Shown here: one piece after another, positions 57,569 through 64,000 of the stretch
How positions within the stretch are numbered: position 1 is the first letter of the stretch
How the letters are laid out: the number at the start of each line of letters is the position of its first letter
Source: an uncultured virus (IMG/VR IMGVR_UViG_3300043571_000407)
Taxonomy: Duplodnaviria > Heunggongvirae > Uroviricota > Caudoviricetes
Reading direction: 5' to 3' (one strand)
Virus record (IMG/VR): IMGVR_UViG_3300043571_000407
DNA length: 64,000 nucleotides
The notes under the pieces: generated by a model
What the model was told of the DNA's origin: nothing
The model's input: only the letters and a program-made list of their open reading frames with translations
Database searches by the model: none
Position numbers and translations under genes: made by a program

Positions 57569-59193
57569 TATCTAGTAACCCCCATGCGTGTTTTTCCTAT
57601 CGTTAAAGGCTGCTTATAGGCGTGCACCCGTCGTCTTTCCCCTTCGGTGAGTTCATCTCCGTGGGTAGATTGAGCAGGTCTTTTGAGCATCGAATCAAGG
57701 CGATGGGAGAACTCCTCTGAGTCTCCATCGTCTCCATCGTCTCCATCGTCTTTCTCCTCGTCATCCCCTTCTTCTTTATCACCTGGATCGGTGGGGGAAG
57801 AATTACGATTCTCCTGAACGTAGGCAAAAACTCCGTCTACATAAGAATCGGATCGAAACGTCAAATCCATATTGGGTTCGATTTCAGCTAACAAAGTGCG
57901 TTTGATGTCGCTAGTAGAGAAGCTACTATCAAACCGAGCGTCAGAGAACCCTGGCAACAAACTGTCGGCTTCCTTCCATATCGCCAAAAGATCCCCGACC
58001 GAATCACCCCGACAAGCACTCTCATCTTCGTCGTTGCTATCAACACGAGGCTTGGACTTTTTTTTCTTTCTGGAAGTCATAGTTTCTTCTTCCTCTGCAA
58101 CATCCCATTCTTCCATCATTTCTTCTTCTTCATTGTCCTCCTCTTCCATCATTTCTTCATCTTCGGGAGCAGGAGGCATCATTTTCTTTTTGCCTCCATC
58201 AACACGGACGTACTGCCCCATGTCATTCCGGTAATAACCTAATTCACCAAGGACATTATCGGCATTGTCTACGATGATCTCTAGGTTATCTAACCGGAAC
58301 TGGTAATTTTCCCGTGCGGCTTCTAGCTTCCGGTTCTCCCGACTCGTAGTATCAAACCGTGTAACAAGCGAATCGTGGCGTTCCTTTAATTCTTTCAATT
58401 CACGGAATCGAGTACCGCTAATGGAAGCGAAAGATTCAGGGATTCCTGAATACTCAACTCCATCGCATCTAACTATTGCCATACGCTGTTCATTATCTCC
58501 ATTATCATTGGTTTTGTTAGGGTTGCTAGGGTTTTCGATGACTTGCCCTGCGACAGCTTGCCCTGCGACAGCTTGCCCTGCGACAGCTTGCCCTGCGACA
58601 GCTTGCCCTGCGACAGCTTGCCCTGCGACAGCTTGCCCTGCGACAGCTTGCCCAATCCCCGCAGCACTATCTAATCGGAGGCGAACATCTCCCCCTGCCC
58701 TTCCTCGGCTCGTCAAAGCCAAATGGTTGGCACGGACATTAATCTGTTCCCTGTCATAGTGTTGCCCATTCCACACCCCTTCCCCTTGCTTGATGTCGCA
58801 GGTATATCCAGCAGATAGTTGTTCCTTTTCCCTTGCATCAATTAGGGCGATCGCCTTAGCATCAAAAAACGACACCAAGCCTTTGATCACCCCTTCAGTC
58901 TTGTCATAATAAGCAGAAGAATCAGTCATCCCTACCGTGTAATCCTTGTAGCTTTCGCTATTAAGAAGTCCAACATAGGGATGTTCTATCACCAGGGGGA
59001 GGAGTTTGAAACTCTCTACTGTGGCCAGTTCTGCATTGGTTTCCGGTCTCCTGAGTTCGTGGACTATGGAGCCATCAGGCTGACGATACTCCAACACCCC
59101 GTCACAACAAAAAGACCCCTCACAATGGAGACGACCATCCTCAGTTCTTATTACCCTAAATTTAGTTGGAGCATCGAGCCTGATTTCAACCAT
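57568..59193 (-). CDS. DUF2213 protein (putative prohead protease plus scaffold)
   Basis: GVLEY, ELR.PE, PLVIEHP, QLSAGY.C, NHLAL..RGRAG; acidic coiled C-terminal region. Confidence 0.88.
   Translation of the reverse strand: MVEIRLDAPTKFRVIRTEDGRLHCEGSFCCDGVLEYRQPDGSIVHELRRPETNAELATVESFKLLPLVIEHPYVGLLNSESYKDYTVGMTDSSAYYDKTEGVIKGLVSFFDAKAIALIDAREKEQLSAGYTCDIKQGEGVWNGQHYDREQINVRANHLALTSRGRAGGDVRLRLDSAAGIGQAVAGQAVAGQAVAGQAVAGQAVAGQAVAGQAVAGQVIENPSNPNKTNDNGDNEQRMAIVRCDGVEYSGIPESFASISGTRFRELKELKERHDSLVTRFDTTSRENRKLEAARENYQFRLDNLEIIVDNADNVLGELGYYRNDMGQYVRVDGGKKKMMPPAPEDEEMMEEEDNEEEEMMEEWDVAEEEETMTSRKKKKSKPRVDSNDEDESACRGDSVGDLLAIWKEADSLLPGFSDARFDSSFSTSDIKRTLLAEIEPNMDLTFRSDSYVDGVFAYVQENRNSSPTDPGDKEEGDDEEKDDGDDGDDGDSEEFSHRLDSMLKRPAQSTHGDELTEGERRRVHAYKQPLTIGKTRMGVTR
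58542..58653. repeat. 15-bp in-frame repeat x7 (GQAVA)
   Basis: CTTGCCCTGCGACAG units. Confidence 0.95.
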
Positions 59194-59325
59194 TTCTCAA
59201 TACAAAAAACAAATAATTCTTTTTAAAGAATAACGCACCCTATCAGTCATTTAAAGAGGGTGCAAAAAAATAATTTCTATACAAGAAAATAGACTAAAAT
59301 TAAATCAATGATTTAGATATAAATA

Positions 59326-59700
59326 ATGACTATTACAAAAAGAGAGTACCCTTCTAAGAAAACGTTAGGATCTGGTGCATTGGCTCCCTATCGCGCTCTC
59401 GGTCGGTCAATTCGACGGGATCTTATAAATGCAAATCTTGGGATGATGGAATTTAGCGAGAAAAGTGGGTGGGATTGGCAGACAATTCGACGGATTTTAA
59501 TGGGGGAGCGGCGGACGGATTTTATAGAACTGTTGATTATCGCTTCGTTAATTTCTGAGGATCAATCGGAAACGGAAAGACTGATCCTCACCTGGACGAA
59601 GGAAACTTTGAAAATCATCGAGGAAGGAATCCCCCAAGAAATTAACCCAGGTCTTGTTGATAATCTTGTCGAGATTAACGAAGAGATCCCTTTAGAATAG
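59326..59700 (+). CDS. XRE-like HTH protein
   Basis: EFSEKSGWDWQTIRRILMGERRTDFIEL; divergent from DUF2213. Confidence 0.65.
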   Translation: MTITKREYPSKKTLGSGALAPYRALGRSIRRDLINANLGMMEFSEKSGWDWQTIRRILMGERRTDFIELLIIASLISEDQSETERLILTWTKETLKIIEEGIPQEINPGLVDNLVEINEEIPLE

Positions 59701-60094
59701 CAATAATCTCCTGACGATTCCGTTGGCTTACTCCTAAAAATTGACGTTTAGGCATTTTCTTAGTGCCTTTTTGTAAATAGGAGCCATAGGGCAATGGAGT
59801 CCCTACCTCAACCCTTCCTTTTTCAATCCGATATCGAATAGAAGATCGCAACAATCCTTGGCGTTGTAGTATTTGCATAATAAAACCCCGACTAGCCTTG
59901 TATTTAAGGGTTGATGGGGCTAGGTGTTCCCATTTCTCCCCGTAAGGACTCTGTTCCTTTTGAAAGTTCTCGTCGGTTGATGCCACCATAAACTGCCCGA
60001 CTTTATGCAGTTCAGGTGTGAGGTTCTGAAACTTTCTGATTAATTTATTTAGATAATTTTGGACTTGGTTGGCAACGAATTTCAGGGATAGCAT
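59675..60094 (-). CDS. Phage virion morphogenesis protein (Mu gpG-like)
   Basis: NF..EQSP.GEKW..LAPST, IL...G.LR.SI, VGT..YG..LQ.G, MPKRQFLGVS. Confidence 0.88.
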   Translation of the reverse strand: MLSLKFVANQVQNYLNKLIRKFQNLTPELHKVGQFMVASTDENFQKEQSPYGEKWEHLAPSTLKYKASRGFIMQILQRQGLLRSSIRYRIEKGRVEVGTPLPYGSYLQKGTKKMPKRQFLGVSQRNRQEIIAILKGSLR

Positions 60095-60147
60095 GGGGTT
60101 AAAAGTAAAATATATCCCCATACTAACCTGTTAAACAAATTTGATGT

Positions 60148-60675
60148 TTAGCCCTCTAACAGAAACTGCTCTTGTTCTCTGATTACTCTCCAATCATCGT
60201 TATTTGCGTCCAGGGCTTCTTGTAAATCTTCCATAGTCCATTTGCTATAGTGGACTATTTTTTCCAACAGAAAGTCCAACGATTGCCGTGTGAAGACTTT
60301 TTCTAATATGTCATCCAACCCCGTCTCGGCAAACGCAGCCAACAAAATAATGGAATCTTGATTATTGTTAACTACTGCATCCCATGTGATTAACTTCGTA
60401 AAGTCTCTGGATGAGATGGTCTTGCTTCGGGTTGTCCCTCTAGCTTTCTTTATTTCAGAGTCCTGAGTCGTACCAGAAAAACCAAGCCCTAGCAAAGACT
60501 TAAGAACTTCTGATTCACTTTTTAATAAACGCCCCAAGAAATCTTTCCCCCGACCGATTGCAATTCCGGCCCCAACAATTCCGATCCGTTTCTCTCCATT
60601 CGGGAACAGATAACAGTCAATAGTTCTATTCCCTAGAGTTAATTCAGCACGGACTGATCGTATAATGTCTGACAT
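60148..60675 (-). CDS. Phage antirepressor-like protein (P63C-associated N-domain-like)
   Basis: LGNRTIDCYLFPNGEKRI, LKSLLGLGF, LAAFAETGL. Confidence 0.55.
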   Translation of the reverse strand: MSDIIRSVRAELTLGNRTIDCYLFPNGEKRIGIVGAGIAIGRGKDFLGRLLKSESEVLKSLLGLGFSGTTQDSEIKKARGTTRSKTISSRDFTKLITWDAVVNNNQDSIILLAAFAETGLDDILEKVFTRQSLDFLLEKIVHYSKWTMEDLQEALDANNDDWRVIREQEQFLLEG

Positions 60676-60777
60676 GGTGAACCTTTTGTTTAATAGATGG
60701 AGGTTTACAGATCCTTGGGTGTTGATAGCACCGCGAAGGATATTATTCTGCGGGTTTCTTGATTGTCTTTCTTTTGG

Positions 60778-60894
60778 TTGTGCGAACTGTAGAAACCCTT
60801 ACACAGTAGGCATTCTAGCCTTTTAGAGTCCTGTTTTTCTGCTTTTGTGCGAACTGTAGAAACCCTTACACAGTAGGCATTCTAGCCTTTTAGA
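60778..60894. repeat. 50-bp direct repeat x2
   Basis: 60778-60827 identical to 60845-60894. Confidence 0.9.
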
Positions 60895-60937
60895 AAGTTT
60901 AGCTTTTCTGATAAAAAATCAGCCTAAACTCAATTAA

Positions 60938-61057
60938 TTATATCACGCACACTAAACCAATTCCGATCCGTTTCTCCCCATCTGGGAACAAATAGCAATC
61001 AATACTTCTGTTGCCTAATACCATTTCGGCACGAATTGATCGTATAATGTCTGACAT
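60938..61057 (-). pseudogene. Truncated duplicate of the 60148-60675 N-terminus
   Basis: MSDIIRSIRAEMVLGNRSIDCYLFPDGEKRIGI then stop after 39 aa. Confidence 0.8.
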
Positions 61058-61184
61058 AGTGAACCATCTCCTTGAAAGTGTTGGTTTACAAGCCTCTCGT
61101 AGTGCGTAAACACCGCGAGAGGCAATTATTATTAAATTATATCATTTTTGCTTTGGACAAAACAGAGGATAAATTTGTCCTTGA

Positions 61185-64000
61185 TTAAATTTCTTCGGTT
61201 TCTATTATAGTAAGATCACCTTCTTTTCTTACACTTTTAATTTTATGTCTCGTATTTTTTGATACGACAACCTCGTCCTCTCTCTGTCCAAATGTACTTA
61301 AATTTCTAATAGACACACCCGATTTATTCGGTGCTTTAACGATAACAGGATAGGTTTTCTTGACAGAAGATAGGTTCATGCCAGCAAAATCCTTGGCTTT
61401 CTCATAATTAGAAGTCCAAGAAGCGTGGGCGTTTTGGTTCCCCAGAATTCCATCTTCGCCTTTCACAAACTTATTAAGTTCTTCTTCAGAATCAAAATTC
61501 AATCCCCTAGATATTTCTCCTGGGAATGGAGTGGATTGCTTTATAAATAAATCAAGGTTATCAGCATCTTTGCTGCTTCTGCCATTTTTCTGATCTTCTC
61601 TGATTTCGTAAGCATTCTCAGACCACTCTTTTACCGATTCAATAACACCCTCAGCGTCTTGAATACCAATTTTCTGCCCCTTTTTAGCCATCATATCCGA
61701 ATACTCCTGGGCGTTTTTGGGAGTACCTTCATGGGTTCCATCGCCTAGTGTTCTGGGTGCGGTAAATTCCTGAACTGCGGTTGGTGCTATCTTTTTGTCT
61801 GCGTCCGAATTGGTTATTTCTTCAGTTTGTACATAGAATATGCCATCTTTCTCTGTAACACTTTTGACTTTGTGCTTGGCATCTTTTGAAACAATAACTT
61901 CCGATTCTTGAGGCTTTAGTCCTACATCCTTAATTGATACCCCCGTCTTGTTTTTTGCCTTAATAATAACAGGATAAGCTCCTTCTACATATTGAGACAA
62001 AGATGGATTTTCTTTGTAACTAGCTTTTGAAAAATCATAAGCTACTTTGTCATCAGAAGTCCATGAAGCATGAGCTTTTTGGTTGTCTAAAACGCCGTTT
62101 TCATCCCCTTTTAACCACGTCTCAACTTCTTCTCTACTATAGAAAAGAATCCCTCTACTTACATCCCCATCATAGGGTGTCATGCTTTTCATGAACCTAT
62201 TGATATTTTCCTCGTTTTTATTTGGCCTCCCATCTTTTTGATCGTCTCTGACCTCATCGGAGTCTGTGATCCATCTTTTGACTGATTTAATGATTTTCTC
62301 AGCCTCCTCTATAGTAATGTTTTCCCCTTTTTTAACCATCGCCTCGTAGTATTCTTGTGCGTTTTTAGGGGTTCCTTTGTGGGTTCCATTTCCAATAGTA
62401 ATTAGTGGGGATTCAGACTTTTTTGCTTGTACTTCAGTATCAGTTACTTCCTCAGTTTCTACATATATTATGCCATCTTTTTTCGTAATGTTCTTAACTT
62501 TGTGTTTTGCCTCTTTTGGTACAATAACCTCGTTCTGCAAAATATACTCAGTAGGCCCCATCTTTTTAATTGACACTCCTGTTTTGTTTATGGTTTTGAT
62601 CATGACAGGCTGCCCTTCTCTACCGAATCCCCTCCTCTTCGCATAGTCCTCGGCATAGTCCTCCCTGGAAGTCCACGAAGCATGAGCCCCTTGATTATCC
62701 AGTATTCCATCTTTATCACCCTTTAACCAGTTCATTGCTTCTTTCTCTGAAGCAAAGTTTATGCCTCTATGTATTTCCCCTTTGATACCTTCAAATCTCT
62801 CGTCATTATATGGAGTTGTATTTGCAATGTATTTAGAAATTAAATTTGCGTCTTCGTTAGGTTTATTTTCTTTTTGTGAATTTCTAACTGGGTCGGAATC
62901 TTGAGTCCATCGCCTGATTGCTTCATGTGTCGCCTTGGCCTCGTCTTCCGTTATCTCAATTCCGGCTTTAGTCGCCATATCATAATACTCCTGTGCATTC
63001 GTAGGAGCATCTCTATGAGTTCCATCTCCAATTCGTTTAGGAGTATCTTTAACTATTTCCTCTTTCGGGACTAAAGGCGATTCTTGTTCTTGCGATCGCT
63101 CCCCTTGAACTTTTACTGACTTTTGTTTTACTGCTTCAACGGATTTAACCCTCTTATCCGACTCGATAACTGTGTCTATTATCGTTTTAACCTTCTTCAT
63201 TTTGCCTTGAGCATTTGACATGGCTTTTAGCCCATCTCTGTCCAAGCTCCAATCAACATCCGATTTGCCTAAATCAACAATTGCTTTTTTAGCCTGACTC
63301 TCGTCATCGAAACTCCCTAAAGCCATGCCACTTTTAACATGAGTGACATTATATTTTGCCGTGGGACTCTTGCTATCTCTGTTTACACCAAGGTTTCCAT
63401 AGATTTGACCATCAACTGTTTCGCTTCCAGTTTTGGTTTCGATTTTATATGTTCCGTTTCTTCCCTCTAATTTTTTAGACTCGGATTCTAGCCAATTGTC
63501 ATACAATTCATTTACTGAGTTATCCTTGGATTTTAGCTTGGGTCTAGGGGGAGAATTATCCTCGACTTTTATCGCCTTCTGCTTTGGAGTTTTGGCGACC
63601 TTAGCCTTTGGAGTCTTGGGTGCTTTAGTTGTTAACGGGATAGGTTTAGTTGTCGAATCAGAATCACTGGGACTAACTACGGGAACCGTTATCTTAACAT
63701 CGGGAGAAAGAACATAAGTTTCCGATTCTTTGCTCCCGTCAGGAAGGATCTCTTTTGCAAAAGCATCCCTGGTATATTCATATTTTTGTTTAATATGATC
63801 ACCAGTCCTGTCCATTTTTAGGTATAGATAGAAAGTATCACCTTTTTTGAGATCATCTTTGGTGATCACTCTTTCGGTTCCAGAGTCTACAGCAGATTTA
63901 ATGGCACTATCAACGGAATCAACCGACTGTTTTGACAGTTTTTCAGCTTTAATTTCTTCTGCTTTCTTTTCAGCTAAGTTTTTATCTATATCCTTTTGTT
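61185..64000 (-). CDS. Large protein with three tandem ADP-ribosyltransferase domains (5' end outside window)
   Basis: Frame open to the window edge; three (H/S)RG / HASWTS / (Q,E)xEV sets, each preceded by G(D/N)GTH..P.NAQEY. Confidence 0.8.
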   Translation of the reverse strand, partial: QKDIDKNLAEKKAEEIKAEKLSKQSVDSVDSAIKSAVDSGTERVITKDDLKKGDTFYLYLKMDRTGDHIKQKYEYTRDAFAKEILPDGSKESETYVLSPDVKITVPVVSPSDSDSTTKPIPLTTKAPKTPKAKVAKTPKQKAIKVEDNSPPRPKLKSKDNSVNELYDNWLESESKKLEGRNGTYKIETKTGSETVDGQIYGNLGVNRDSKSPTAKYNVTHVKSGMALGSFDDESQAKKAIVDLGKSDVDWSLDRDGLKAMSNAQGKMKKVKTIIDTVIESDKRVKSVEAVKQKSVKVQGERSQEQESPLVPKEEIVKDTPKRIGDGTHRDAPTNAQEYYDMATKAGIEITEDEAKATHEAIRRWTQDSDPVRNSQKENKPNEDANLISKYIANTTPYNDERFEGIKGEIHRGINFASEKEAMNWLKGDKDGILDNQGAHASWTSREDYAEDYAKRRGFGREGQPVMIKTINKTGVSIKKMGPTEYILQNEVIVPKEAKHKVKNITKKDGIIYVETEEVTDTEVQAKKSESPLITIGNGTHKGTPKNAQEYYEAMVKKGENITIEEAEKIIKSVKRWITDSDEVRDDQKDGRPNKNEENINRFMKSMTPYDGDVSRGILFYSREEVETWLKGDENGVLDNQKAHASWTSDDKVAYDFSKASYKENPSLSQYVEGAYPVIIKAKNKTGVSIKDVGLKPQESEVIVSKDAKHKVKSVTEKDGIFYVQTEEITNSDADKKIAPTAVQEFTAPRTLGDGTHEGTPKNAQEYSDMMAKKGQKIGIQDAEGVIESVKEWSENAYEIREDQKNGRSSKDADNLDLFIKQSTPFPGEISRGLNFDSEEELNKFVKGEDGILGNQNAHASWTSNYEKAKDFAGMNLSSVKKTYPVIVKAPNKSGVSIRNLSTFGQREDEVVVSKNTRHKIKSVRKEGDLTIIETEEI

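Overview
About 64 kb of a temperate cyanobacterial phage that probably replicates as a plasmid. Roughly 30 HIP1 sites (GCGATCGC, counted by eye) and an nblA gene point to a cyanobacterial host. No integrase is seen in the window. Left half: a RuvC-like resolvase, a DUF3854 primase-helicase Rep with a candidate antisense-controlled leader and adjacent repeats, three DNA methyltransferases, HU, an SNF2 helicase, thyX, an amidoligase, a Rad52-like annealase, fibre-like genes with a GH10-like hydrolase, and many small genes behind repeated sigma70-type promoters. Right half (minus strand): DUF2213 protease/scaffold, decoration protein, DUF2184 major capsid, DUF4054 adaptor, a tail chaperone and a tape measure protein. 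The main finding lies inside this virion operon. Five paralogous genes plus one deleted remnant share a ~125-aa N-terminal tag (conserved domain, R-x-D sites, Cys4 motif) fused to interchangeable C-terminal enzymes: ADP-ribosyltransferases, GNAT acetyltransferases, a zincin peptidase and an unknown repeat domain. A sixth gene with three ART domains runs off the right edge. The same R-x-D motif occurs 13 times in the protease/scaffold and once at the capsid N-terminus, suggesting protease-matured, capsid-packaged polymorphic effectors. Other notable items are a PatX-like peptide (RGNGR), an inverted copy of a rep-internal segment 23 kb away, and a 1.6-kb captured fragment between 82-bp direct repeats. 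All family calls come from motif recognition; no database searches were run.
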